The notes under the pieces are model-generated. The model saw only the letters and a list, made by a program, of their open reading frames with translations, made no database searches and was not told where the DNA came from. DNA of 64,000 nt from positions 94,008-158,007 of the forward strand of contig CAVTZU010000013.1 of NCBI GenBank assembly GCA_963739305.1. Reading direction: 5' to 3'. A program made the position numbers and the translations under genes. How positions within the stretch are numbered: position 1 is the stretch's first letter; every line of letters starts with the position of its first letter. Shown here one piece after another: positions 49,136 to 58,682 of the stretch. Source of the stretch: Candidatus Bathyarchaeota archaeon (lineage in GTDB: Archaea; Thermoproteota; Bathyarchaeia; Bathyarchaeales; Bathycorpusculaceae).

Positions 49136-49909
49136 ATGCCGTCAGTCAGCACGATGGAGACAAAAAGCGTGGTTTCACTCGATGTCGTGATGCTTACCAA
49201 GAACAGTGAGCGGATGCTTAATGCATGCCTTGCTTCGGTGTATGGAAACGTGCCAGTGAACAATCTGATCGTTGTTGATGGGTATTCGACTGATGCGACT
49301 CTAAGCATCGTTAAGAAGTTTCAGGAAAAGTATGGAAATGTCTTGGTAATTCAGGAAAAGGGAACGCGCGGAAGCGCTAGGCAGAAAGGGATACTTAACG
49401 TGAAAACCGACTGGTTCATGTTTGTGGACAGCGATGTGGTTCTCTGTGACGGTTGGTTTTCAAAGGCTGAGAAATTGATGCAGGACAACGTCGGCGCTAT
49501 TTGGGGTATAGAGATCTGGTCTGTGCTTAGGAAGACGAGAATTCTGAAGCTGTTTGAAAGAATGACGATGAAGATATTCGAGAAGAGAGGTGGAACTCAT
49601 GACCTTTTGGTGCGAACCGAGGCGGTTAGGGACATTCGAATACCTTTCCATTTGCACACTTACGAGGATTCGTACATCAAGTCATGGATTCATGGGAAAG
49701 GCTACGACGTGATCCCCGTATACGAACCTTATTGTGTGCATTATCGACCTGAAAGTGCTTGGACGATCAAACAGAGCATAAGTTTCATAGCTAGCGATCT
49801 CAAGTTGGCAGTCAGTCACCCTTCGCTAATTCTTTCCTACGCGTTGTACGTTGGCATTGTCATGAGTCAGAGTGTTCTGCGTGCATCTGGAAATCGTCAG
49901 GGCAATTGA
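49136..49909 (+). CDS. Glycosyltransferase family 2
   Basis: VVMLTKN, VVDGYSTD, FVDSD, YED. Confidence 0.88.
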   Translation: MPSVSTMETKSVVSLDVVMLTKNSERMLNACLASVYGNVPVNNLIVVDGYSTDATLSIVKKFQEKYGNVLVIQEKGTRGSARQKGILNVKTDWFMFVDSDVVLCDGWFSKAEKLMQDNVGAIWGIEIWSVLRKTRILKLFERMTMKIFEKRGGTHDLLVRTEAVRDIRIPFHLHTYEDSYIKSWIHGKGYDVIPVYEPYCVHYRPESAWTIKQSISFIASDLKLAVSHPSLILSYALYVGIVMSQSVLRASGNRQGN

Positions 49910-49921
49910 TAGCTGAAGGGT

Positions 49922-50935
49922 TCACACTTGTTTTTTGAGGGCTTGCCAAAGCTGATCCGTCGTTGGCCTTTTCAATTTTTCTATTATCCCGTTTGTTCGT
50001 GTAATCAAACGTTTTTCCGGAGATGAGAGGAACTCTCCTATGGTTTCAGCTTCTATTTGTTTTTCTTTGAGGGCCATCGTTATTCTGTCGGCAAGTTTCG
50101 GGTCGGCTGCGATTAGCAGGCTTCCGGAAGCTATCAGTTGAAGGGGATCGATGTCAAAGGTTTTGCATATCTTGAGTGTTTCAGGTTGAACGCGTATCTT
50201 TTCTTCTAGGATTCTCACGCCCAAGTTTGAGGCGTCAGCCATTTCATGTATTGCTCCTGCCACGCCTCCTTCGGTCGGGTCGTGCATTGCGTGTACTCCG
50301 CCTGTTTTGAAGGCGATTGTTGCTTCTTTTACGATGCTTATTCGCTTGTAGAATTCTTTCGCGTTCTTCAAGAGTCGAGCTCCTAGCACTTTTCTGAGTT
50401 GGGGTTCTCTGTCCGACGCAAGGATCGCGGTGCCCTCAATTCCCACGTATTTTGTTAGTATAAGCAAGTCGCCGGGTTTGGCTCCAGCTGCTGTAACGTA
50501 CCTTCCCTTTTCTGCCACGCCTATCATGCATCCAACAACTATCGGGTTTGTAATATTCGGCGTAGTTTCGCAATGTCCGCCGACGATGGCAATTCCTAGG
50601 TCTTTTGCTGCGTCATTCATCTGCGAACTGATTGTTTCGAGAGTTCCTTTGTCCGCATTTTCGGGCAGGAGGATGCATGAAACGAGGAAAAGTGGTTGGC
50701 ACCCGAATGTTGCGATGTCGTTTGCGTTGACGTTGACTGCGAGATAACCGATTATTCCTAGGGCTCCTGTTATCGGATCCATTGAGACGATCAGGGATTT
50801 GTCGCCGATGTCTATGATTGCTCCGTCAATTCCAGCCGAAGGACCTAGAACAACTTCGCCTCGTTTTGCTCCCAGGTTCTTGAAGACGATTTTTTCGAGA
50901 ACGTCAATAGGAATTTTCCCTGGAGGAAGCGTCAT
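49922..50935 (-). CDS. AIR synthase/PurM-HypE-ThiL superfamily ATP-binding protein (not HypE)
   Basis: PGKIP, GIDGA, DPITG, NANDIA, GGHCE, MHDPTEGG; no C-terminal PRIC. Confidence 0.8.
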   Translation of the reverse strand: MTLPPGKIPIDVLEKIVFKNLGAKRGEVVLGPSAGIDGAIIDIGDKSLIVSMDPITGALGIIGYLAVNVNANDIATFGCQPLFLVSCILLPENADKGTLETISSQMNDAAKDLGIAIVGGHCETTPNITNPIVVGCMIGVAEKGRYVTAAGAKPGDLLILTKYVGIEGTAILASDREPQLRKVLGARLLKNAKEFYKRISIVKEATIAFKTGGVHAMHDPTEGGVAGAIHEMADASNLGVRILEEKIRVQPETLKICKTFDIDPLQLIASGSLLIAADPKLADRITMALKEKQIEAETIGEFLSSPEKRLITRTNGIIEKLKRPTTDQLWQALKKQV

Positions 50936-51063
50936 TGCAAACCCTTCTTGAGCATATTTGCACTCTTGCCTTTAAGGTTGTGACAGGTTTAGGTTGGATT
51001 CACATGGATTCCTTGGCGTTTGACATTGCTTATTTATACGTCGTCTGCACAAGATATGGTAAC

Positions 51064-51579
51064 ATGCAGAAAAAGTATTCAAGCCCTCAGGTCTTGCTTG
51101 TTCAGGTTTCTCTGATAGCTGTCATGGCTGCGGTGGTTGCTGCTGCGACGTTTATTATTAGAATCCCTAACCCGATGGGTGGTTACTTCAATCTTGGAGA
51201 CGTCGCTGTCTTTGCGGTCGCTTTGACTTTCAATCCTGTCGTTGGAGGAGCAGCCGGTGGATTAGGTTCTGCGATTTCTGACCTCATAGGTTTTCCAGTT
51301 TTTGCTATTCCAACCTTCATCATCAAAGGGTTAGAGGGCCTGCTCGCGAGCGGGATAAGCAATAAGAAGAGCGGTTTTAGAGACATTGTCGCAGTGGTTG
51401 TTGCAGGTTCAGAAATGGTTGTTGGTTACTTTATTGTGGAGTATTTCTTTCTTCAATGGGGGTTGGGCGGAGCGTTGGGGGAGGTTCCGGGGAATATCGT
51501 TCAGGTAGTAGTTGGTGGGGCAGTTGGCGTTCCTCTAGGCTACGTAATAAGGAGAAGACTGCCAGAGATTCTCAGGTAG
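51064..51579 (+). CDS. ECF transporter S component
   Basis: IRIPNPMGGYFNLGD, GSAISDL, TFIIKG, GNIVQ; multiple TM segments. Confidence 0.85.
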   Translation: MQKKYSSPQVLLVQVSLIAVMAAVVAAATFIIRIPNPMGGYFNLGDVAVFAVALTFNPVVGGAAGGLGSAISDLIGFPVFAIPTFIIKGLEGLLASGISNKKSGFRDIVAVVVAGSEMVVGYFIVEYFFLQWGLGGALGEVPGNIVQVVVGGAVGVPLGYVIRRRLPEILR

Positions 51580-51660
51580 TCTTTCTTGCTTGCGGTTCGT
51601 GAGTTGGATGGGAAAGCCTAAATGTAAGTCCTTTAGTGATACGTAGCAAATCGTGAGTTG

Positions 51661-52047
51661 ATGGTCATGAGTCAAGCGGTGAAAGACGATCCTGTTAGAA
51701 TGCACAAAGAGGCGAACACGCTTTTCGAAGTAGGTAAGTACAAGGAGGCAGAAGAGTTGTTCGCGAAGACTGCGGAGCTCTACTACAAGGTTCAGAACTA
51801 CTTCGATTCGACATCAATGCGGTACAAGGCAGGCGAATGTGCCTTTGCGCTGAAAGAGTATGAGAAAGCTGCTGAGTACTTTGAGAAATCGGCGGAGCTC
51901 TCTTTCCAGAAAGGGTTCGATAGGTTCGGAGTCAGCGCTGTTGAGTACGCCAGAGACTGCTACAAAGCTTTGAAGAAGAATGCAAAGGTAAAAGAGCTGG
52001 ACAAGAAGATTACGGAAATCAAGAAAAAGCTTGAAGAAGCGTTCTAG
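51661..52047 (+). CDS. TPR/SNAP-like helical repeat protein
   Basis: Repeats KYKEAEELFAKTAELY and EYEKAAEYFEKSAELS. Confidence 0.65.
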   Translation: MVMSQAVKDDPVRMHKEANTLFEVGKYKEAEELFAKTAELYYKVQNYFDSTSMRYKAGECAFALKEYEKAAEYFEKSAELSFQKGFDRFGVSAVEYARDCYKALKKNAKVKELDKKITEIKKKLEEAF

Positions 52048-52153
52048 ATCCAGTGGCCTTTTCCCTGTTTCTCCTTTTTCGCGAAGCCTAGCAAGACTTA
52101 ATTTTCACATCAGATAACTGATAATTCCAACTGGTCTTGTGGGATCTAGGTTT

Positions 52154-53848
52154 ATGCCGACTTCTTTCAAAGAACTTGCCGAGTTAGGAGAAAAGCTTGA
52201 ATCAACAACCAAGCGTCTTCTGATGATAGACGTGGCGTCGGGTTTCCTCAGGCTTCTTGAACCGGATGAAATTGAGCCTGCCGTTATGATGATTCTTGGT
52301 AGACCTTTTCCAAGATGGGATCCACGGACTCTTGATGTTAGTTGGTCGACTCTGAGTGAGATCATTAGGCGCATCACGAGCGTTGACTGGAAGGTTTTCG
52401 GAGAAGTGTTCAGTAAAACGGGCGATATTGGTACGGCGACCAGAACGGTGTTTGAAAGCAGCAGAGTCAAAAAACAGACTGCTCTTTTTGAAAAGCCCTT
52501 AACTATAGTGCAGGTGGAGCAAAGCTTTGCAAGGATAGCTGAGACGTCTGGGTCAGGTTCCAGAGAAAAGAAAGAGCGTTTGATTGAGGCTTTGTTGAGT
52601 CAGGCCTCTCCGCTTGAAGCGAAGTATCTCGTTAAGATCTTCACAGGTGAAATGCGAACGGGTTTCCATGAGGGTTTGATGGAGCAAGCTGTTTCTAAGG
52701 CCTTTGGCGTACCTGTGAAAACGGTGCAGGAAGCGAGCATGATCACAGGCGACGTCGGCGCAGTTGCTTCTATTTTGCGCAGCAAGGGTAAGGACGGCTT
52801 GAGGAAGGTTGGTTTTAGAATCTTTAGACCCGTCAATCTCATGTTGGCTCAGGTGGCTGATGATCTTGATGTTGCTTTGAGAGAACATGGCGGAAAATCA
52901 GCGTTGGAGTACAAGTATGATGGTGCCAGGGTGCAGGTGCACAAGGCGGGTGACAAGATAAAGATATTCAGCCGGAGACTTACGGACGTGACGGAAAGCC
53001 TTCCGGAGATCGTTGAGGCTGCTGGGAAAAACGTGAGAGCGAAGGAAGTGATTCTGGAGGGTGAGGTTGTTGCGGTGGACAGTCGAGGTTTTCCTATTGC
53101 TTTTCAGCATTTGATGCGACGGTTCAGGAGAGTTCATGAAATAGCGGATGCGGCTGAGAGAATCCCTTTGAAGCTGTACCTTTTTGATGTTCTGTACGTG
53201 GACGGCGAGAACTTAATCTCCAAGCCGTATGTGCAGCGGAGAGAAAAGTTGGTTGAGATCGCGGGTGAAATATCTTTGACGTCTCAGCTTGTAACGGGCG
53301 ATGTTGGAGAAGCTGAACGGTTTTTGAAGGCGGCCATGGATGCTGGGCATGAGGGGTTGATGGCAAAGAGGCTTGACAGCCCGTATACTCCTGGAATTCG
53401 TGGGAAGCGTTGGCTGAAGGTCAAGCCGGTTCTTGAGCCTTTGGATTTGGTCATAGTTGCTGCCGAGTGGGGTTATGGGCGCAGACATGATTGGCTTTCT
53501 GACTATTATCTGGCAGCGCGAGATTTGGAGACTGGTGAGTTTCAGACTGTCGGTAAGACGTTTAAAGGGTTGACGGATGCCGAGATGGTTGAGATGACTA
53601 GGCGTTTGAAAGAGTTGACGGTCAGGGTGGAGCCTAGACGGGTCGTTGTGGTTCCGAAGATCGTTGTTGAGGTTGCTTACAACGAGGTTCAGAGAAGCCC
53701 TACGTATGATTGTCAGATGGCCCTGCGTTTTGCCAGGATAACTCGGATAAGAGATGATAAGACGCCTGAAGAAGCGGACACTATACAACGGATCAGAGAG
53801 ATCTATGAAGATCAATTCAGTAAAAAAGGCAGATATACAACTGGTTGA
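52154..53848 (+). CDS. lig: ATP-dependent DNA ligase
   Basis: EYKYDGAR, EGEVV, FDVLY, EGLMAK, WLKVK, LRFARI. Confidence 0.96.
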   Translation: MPTSFKELAELGEKLESTTKRLLMIDVASGFLRLLEPDEIEPAVMMILGRPFPRWDPRTLDVSWSTLSEIIRRITSVDWKVFGEVFSKTGDIGTATRTVFESSRVKKQTALFEKPLTIVQVEQSFARIAETSGSGSREKKERLIEALLSQASPLEAKYLVKIFTGEMRTGFHEGLMEQAVSKAFGVPVKTVQEASMITGDVGAVASILRSKGKDGLRKVGFRIFRPVNLMLAQVADDLDVALREHGGKSALEYKYDGARVQVHKAGDKIKIFSRRLTDVTESLPEIVEAAGKNVRAKEVILEGEVVAVDSRGFPIAFQHLMRRFRRVHEIADAAERIPLKLYLFDVLYVDGENLISKPYVQRREKLVEIAGEISLTSQLVTGDVGEAERFLKAAMDAGHEGLMAKRLDSPYTPGIRGKRWLKVKPVLEPLDLVIVAAEWGYGRRHDWLSDYYLAARDLETGEFQTVGKTFKGLTDAEMVEMTRRLKELTVRVEPRRVVVVPKIVVEVAYNEVQRSPTYDCQMALRFARITRIRDDKTPEEADTIQRIREIYEDQFSKKGRYTTG

Positions 53849-53876
53849 CAGCAAGGTATTTGGGCAGAGGGTCAGG

Positions 53877-54917
53877 GTGCCGAGGACTAGGAAGTTTTCA
53901 TTCGAGCAGTATTATAGTCGACAGACGGTTTTGAAGGAGTTTGGTGAGAAAGGTCAGCGCAAGCTCGTCGAGTCTAAAGTCGCAGTGGTTGGGCTTGGCG
54001 GGTTAGGAACGGTCTCGTCACTTTACTTGACGCTTGCGGGTGTGGGGCGTATGCGCTTGATTGATCAGGATGTTGTTGAACTAGTCAATTTGCACCGGCA
54101 AATCCTGTACAGTCCAGATGATATTGGTTACCCGAAGGTTGAGATATCCGCAAGGCGGCTAGCCGCTGCCAACCCTTTTGTCGAGGTTGAGCCAGTAGCT
54201 GAGAACGTTAATTCAGTCAACGTTGAGAAGCTTCTTTCAGGCGTGGATTGCGTTGTTGATGGGTTGGACAACATGCGCACGAGGTACTTGATCAACCGTG
54301 CTTGCATTAGACTTGGGATTCCATATATTTTTGGGGCGGCAATAGGTGTTGAAGGGAATCTTTCGGTGTTTCAATCGCCTGAGACGCCGTGTTTGGAGTG
54401 TTTTCTTCCGAACGTTGATGATAGTTGTCTAGAGACCTGTGACGCAAGAGGAGTCATTGGAGCTGCGCCGGGAATAATCGGCGGCATGCAGGCAATGGAG
54501 ACGATAAAGGTTCTTACGGGGATGGGTTCAACTTTGAAGGGTAAGTTGATGGTTTGCGATTTTGCTGACATGTTCTTTTCAACGATTGACATCTTGAAAA
54601 GGCCTGATTGCACTGCCTGCAATAACATAGGTGGTGAGATCGTTGCTGGTGAGAAGGTTGTTTGGCTGTGTGGGAGAAGCACGGCGAACGTGAACCCTGA
54701 AAGACCATTGAAGATGAGTTTGAATGACGCTTTTGCCGCGATTAAAGATGTGTTTAAGGTGCGAGTGAAGTCGCAGCTTGCGGTCATTTTTGACTACAAA
54801 GGCTTCGAAATCACCCTTTTCAAGGGTGGAAGAATGATTATAAAGAATGTGAAGAGCGAGAGGATGGCTTTAGGGGTTTACAGGGAGATTAGGAAAAGGC
54901 TGGACGGTCGCCGATAA
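53877..54917 (+). CDS. MoeB/ThiF (UbaA-like) adenylyltransferase
   Basis: YSRQ, GLGGLG, NLHRQ, DGLDN, PCLEC, CTAC; start uncertain. Confidence 0.88.
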   Translation: MPRTRKFSFEQYYSRQTVLKEFGEKGQRKLVESKVAVVGLGGLGTVSSLYLTLAGVGRMRLIDQDVVELVNLHRQILYSPDDIGYPKVEISARRLAAANPFVEVEPVAENVNSVNVEKLLSGVDCVVDGLDNMRTRYLINRACIRLGIPYIFGAAIGVEGNLSVFQSPETPCLECFLPNVDDSCLETCDARGVIGAAPGIIGGMQAMETIKVLTGMGSTLKGKLMVCDFADMFFSTIDILKRPDCTACNNIGGEIVAGEKVVWLCGRSTANVNPERPLKMSLNDAFAAIKDVFKVRVKSQLAVIFDYKGFEITLFKGGRMIIKNVKSERMALGVYREIRKRLDGRR

Positions 54918-54951
54918 ACCTATTTATCCCGTGGTATGCGATATTTAGCTT

Positions 54952-55024
54952 GCCGGGGTGGCCGAACGGTTCAGGCGGTTGCCTGCAGAGCAGCTATATA
55001 TGGGTTCAACTCCCATCCCCGGCT
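54952..55024 (+). tRNA. tRNA-Cys(GCA), intronless, no encoded CCA
   Basis: Acceptor GCCGGGG/CCCCGGC, anticodon arm GTTGC-CTGCAGA-GCAGC, T arm ATGGG-TTCAACT-CCCAT, U73 discriminator. Confidence 0.95.
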
Positions 55025-55069
55025 CTTAGATTTTGGTGGGTTGAGGAGTCATCTGTGGGCTGAGGAACC

Positions 55070-55117
55070 TACCCCTCCTAGGTTTCAATGTACCATGAAT
55101 ATTTGGATCCAAATATG
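55070..55117 (-). repeat. 48-bp dispersed element, copy 2 (inverted)
   Basis: Exact reverse complement of 987-1034. Confidence 0.9.
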
Positions 55118-55252
55118 CCCACTTCAAAAAGAGCGTGCGCGACGACGTCATGACGACCGGAAGTGGCTGTTTTGGATTTTTCATTCTTGCGTGTCAGCTC
55201 TGGTTGGTTAGCAAGGGTTATGTGCGAGTCATGCGCAACATATTTTAGACGG

Positions 55253-55279
55253 TATGAATTATATGAAATATATGAAAAG
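55253..55279 (+). promoter_or_regulatory. Triple 9-bp direct repeat, likely operator
   Basis: TATGAATTA TATGAAATA TATGAAAAG just upstream of the AbrB-type regulator start. Confidence 0.5.
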
Positions 55280-55289
55280 TGGAATAGGT

Positions 55290-55520
55290 ATGAGTGACAG
55301 TGCCGAAGGCATGTCTATCTATGGTACCGTGAAAGTCGGCGACCGTGGCCAAGTCGTCATTCCATCAAAGGCTCGAAAAGACTTCAACATAAAACCTGGA
55401 GATCTGCTGCTCGTCCTAGCAGGTAGGAACAGACGCGGCATCGCAATGGTCAAGACAGATGCGATGAGGGAGTTCGCGTCAAGAGTCCTGAGAGGTCTAG
55501 AGCAGACCGCGGACGAGTAA
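55290..55520 (+). CDS. AbrB/MazE/SpoVT-family DNA-binding protein
   Basis: GTVKVGDRGQVVIPSKARKDFNIKPGD. Confidence 0.88.
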   Translation: MSDSAEGMSIYGTVKVGDRGQVVIPSKARKDFNIKPGDLLLVLAGRNRRGIAMVKTDAMREFASRVLRGLEQTADE

Positions 55521-55550
55521 TAAGCACAGTGTCTTCACAGCTGGAATGCC

Positions 55551-56057
55551 ATGTTTAGAAGCCGTGAACGGATCCAAAAATGGTTCTACGACATCGTCGA
55601 GAAGTTTCGTCAAAAAGGGGCTCTCAGTCCTGATAAGGCGATGACGCCGGAAGAACTGGGCCTTCCACCGAGATTTGGGGAGGCGATGAAGAGGCGATTG
55701 GGTCGCTTAGGCGTTTTCGTTGAAGTGGACGGGAAGTACTATCTTTCGGAGGAAAGGTTGAAGCAAATAGAAGAAATGCGGTCTGCAGGAGGCGGAGCGC
55801 GGCTTCCAAGAAGCAGAATCATGACGTTGAGACTGTTTCAGACAGTCACTGTTGTTCTCTTCGTCACTCTCTTGCTTGTAAACCTTTACGTTCAGAGCTG
55901 GGAACTAAGATTAGTATCTGCGGTCGTCCTGGTCGTTTGGCTTCTGATAGCTATTCTGCAGATTTACTTTCTGTTTCAGGCCCGAAAGAGATTTTCTCGG
56001 CAGTGCAAAGCGCAACAAACACTCAACGGGCCAGGATTAAGCGCGCGCGAAATCTAA
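55551..56057 (+). CDS. Hypothetical membrane protein (soluble N-domain + 2 TM)
   Basis: ORF 30 nt downstream of the regulator, two C-terminal hydrophobic helices. Confidence 0.65.
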   Translation: MFRSRERIQKWFYDIVEKFRQKGALSPDKAMTPEELGLPPRFGEAMKRRLGRLGVFVEVDGKYYLSEERLKQIEEMRSAGGGARLPRSRIMTLRLFQTVTVVLFVTLLLVNLYVQSWELRLVSAVVLVVWLLIAILQIYFLFQARKRFSRQCKAQQTLNGPGLSAREI

Positions 56058-56179
56058 TGTTCCATTCTGAGCATTTAGCGAGATAGTCGTCAATCATACT
56101 TTGAAAAGAGAAGAGCGCGCGCAGCGAAAAAGACGAAGTAGCTATATACCACAGTTGGAATGAGGATTTGAGACAACCT

Positions 56180-56944
56180 ATGAACGGAATAATGCTAGAG
56201 TCGGTGACGAAATCCTTCGGCGATAACGTGGCTGTAAAAGATCTGACACTGTCCGTATTACCGGGTGAAGTTCATGGTCTTCTCGGTCCGAACGGGTCAG
56301 GCAAAAGCACGACTATGAAAATGGTCATGAGTATAGTCAAGCCTGATTATGGCAAGATCAGCCTCAGCGGCGTAGATGTGTTGCGGCAACCCATCGAGGC
56401 GAAGAGACTCGTGGGTTACGTTCCAGAATTGCCTTATCTTTATGAATACCTAACGGCTTCGGAATACTTGGACTTCGTAGGCACGGCGTATGGCATCGAC
56501 CTGAAGATTAGGCGAGAGAGGGTTGATGAGCTGCTTAAGGCGCTGCAGATGAACGAGCACGTGAATGAGATCATGAGTGGCTTCTCTCAAGGAATGAAGC
56601 AAAAAATAGCAATTACGGCGGCTCTGCTTCACCGTCCACGTGCCCTCATATTGGATGAAGCGTTGAACGGTTTAGATCCTAGATCAGCCAAGATCGTCAA
56701 GGATATACTTCAGCGCTTAGCCGGCGAAGGCGTCTCAATTCTCTTTAGTACACACGTTCTCGAAATTGCAGAGGCGATGTGTAGCAGGATTACTATCATG
56801 AATGAGGGAAGAATCATTGCTGAGGGGACGGTGCAGGAGCTGAGGTCAAAGGCTGGGATGCCCGGTTCGACGCTGGAGGATACTTTCCTGAAGCTTACCG
56901 GCAGTGAGGACACAGAGAAGATTGTTGAGGCATTGAAGCTTTGA
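56180..56944 (+). CDS. ABC transporter ATP-binding protein
   Basis: GPNGSGKST, FSQGMKQK, LILDE, STH. Confidence 0.93.
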   Translation: MNGIMLESVTKSFGDNVAVKDLTLSVLPGEVHGLLGPNGSGKSTTMKMVMSIVKPDYGKISLSGVDVLRQPIEAKRLVGYVPELPYLYEYLTASEYLDFVGTAYGIDLKIRRERVDELLKALQMNEHVNEIMSGFSQGMKQKIAITAALLHRPRALILDEALNGLDPRSAKIVKDILQRLAGEGVSILFSTHVLEIAEAMCSRITIMNEGRIIAEGTVQELRSKAGMPGSTLEDTFLKLTGSEDTEKIVEALKL

Positions 56945-58581
56945 ACTGGTCAACGGTCAAAAGCCTTGCAACTGTTCTCTTCAAATCATATTTCAGAGCG
57001 AGCCGTTATGGGCGTAGGAGTTTCCTTTCAAATCCAGCCGTAATAGTTGCTATAGATATTGTTCTTTTCGCGGTTCCGTTCGGGTTTCTAGTGTATGCTC
57101 TTCCTTTGGTTCCGGCTGATTTAATGAATTCGTTTCGACCGGTCGCAGTTCAGTCCCTCATTGTGCTGCCGCTCTTTCTCACTTCGGCGGTTATTTTGGC
57201 GGGCATATTGTTTGAGCTTGGGCAGACGGGCGGTCTTGCTTCGAGCGAAGCGGTGAATTGGCTTCCAGTGTCTCCCATAGAATATGTTGTGGCGTCAAGC
57301 GTTTCGATGGAGCTCACCTATTCGCCTTTTTTGTTTATTGGTCTGGGGGTCACCGTACCGCTCGCTCTGAACTTCGGTGAGTCTTCGGTTGTTTCCTTTT
57401 TCATTTTGATTTCTGTCATGGCTTATGTTTGGGGAGCAGTGATAGTGGAGGCGTTGAGATCCGTGATGAACCGTATCTCCACCACGCTTTACAGGAAGAG
57501 CGGAAGACTCGGCGTCATATTACGCATAGCCCTCGTCGTCGTTTTGTTAGTCGCGGTGCAAATAGCGTTTAACCCATACATCCTTTACACGGCCCTTTCA
57601 GGCATAGTGGCGGGCGTCAGCTTGGCTTGGTTCTTGCCCGTAATCTGGCCTTCAGTCGCCATCGTTTCCTTCCTGACTCCGGATATGGCTAGAGCGACCA
57701 TTTTTGCCCTGCTTTCTCTCTTTTTCACGTTCTTGATTTTTGAAGCTGCAACTCGACTTAGAGCCAAGTATTGGTCTCCCATACCCGTCACCATTACCTT
57801 ATCCACGTCAACCGTCTATGTCCCTCAAGGAAAGTCGTTTTTGTGGCTTGACTCAGTCGCGTTCGCAGTGGTCTCCAAAGAATTGAGATCCCTCGCGAGA
57901 CGGAGGGAAATGGCAAGGTTCTTGGCCATACCCGTGGTGCTTGTAGTGGCCTCTTTGCTCCCAGTGTTGACAAGTCGCGCGAATCCAGGGGAAGCTTTGT
58001 CGGGCGTGAGTCTGGTGCTTCTGGCTGAAACATCGCTTATTCTGCCTATGATGCTTTCTTCAATTAGTATAGGACAGGAGGGAAACTCGATCGCTAACAT
58101 CTATATGCTTCCCATCTCGGCTGACGAATTGGTTCTCGGAAAGCTTTTTCTCCCATGGATTTTTTCAGGTGCAGGCATCGTGGCAATCGCTTTGCTCATG
58201 CAGTTCTTGGCTCCTGTTACGGCGGGGCAGTTCTTGGCCACTTTGGTTGCTGCGGCCTTCAATATAATAACACAGGGTTATGTGGGGCTTGGTGCAGGCT
58301 CACGATATCCCAGCTTCAACGTTGGACCAAGAGCAAGATACCTTACGTTTACAGGATTCATAGTGGCCTTCGTTTTGGGAGGGTTGGCGACGGTGGCGAT
58401 TCTAACTCCTTTGATTTTGTACGAAGGCATGGGGTTATTAACTGGGTTGGGAGGCGGTGCAACTGGATCAGTATTGTTGACAATTATGTTGACATTGGCA
58501 ATTGGAACATTGCTTCTTGTGTTGATGCGCCACTATTGCATGCGAGGTGTAAAGAAACTTCTTTCTAGTATGGAAGCGTAG
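56941..58581 (+). CDS. ABC-2 type exporter permease (duplicated, multi-TM)
   Basis: Overlaps the ATPase stop; many TM helices; LPVS/LPIS motifs in both halves. Confidence 0.8.
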   Translation: MNWSTVKSLATVLFKSYFRASRYGRRSFLSNPAVIVAIDIVLFAVPFGFLVYALPLVPADLMNSFRPVAVQSLIVLPLFLTSAVILAGILFELGQTGGLASSEAVNWLPVSPIEYVVASSVSMELTYSPFLFIGLGVTVPLALNFGESSVVSFFILISVMAYVWGAVIVEALRSVMNRISTTLYRKSGRLGVILRIALVVVLLVAVQIAFNPYILYTALSGIVAGVSLAWFLPVIWPSVAIVSFLTPDMARATIFALLSLFFTFLIFEAATRLRAKYWSPIPVTITLSTSTVYVPQGKSFLWLDSVAFAVVSKELRSLARRREMARFLAIPVVLVVASLLPVLTSRANPGEALSGVSLVLLAETSLILPMMLSSISIGQEGNSIANIYMLPISADELVLGKLFLPWIFSGAGIVAIALLMQFLAPVTAGQFLATLVAAAFNIITQGYVGLGAGSRYPSFNVGPRARYLTFTGFIVAFVLGGLATVAILTPLILYEGMGLLTGLGGGATGSVLLTIMLTLAIGTLLLVLMRHYCMRGVKKLLSSMEA

Positions 58582-58682
58582 TTTTCGATTCCTCTTGTGG
58601 GCGCATTTCTTCATGACTATCTAGTTAAACTAGGCATTTCCACTCAGATAGATTTCAGCGCGCGCTGAGGGAATGGCGTTGC

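Noticed and set aside
49922-50935. Candidate hypE completing hypFCD
   Set aside because: Lacks the essential C-terminal PR(I/V)C cysteine and lies 15 kb from the hyp genes
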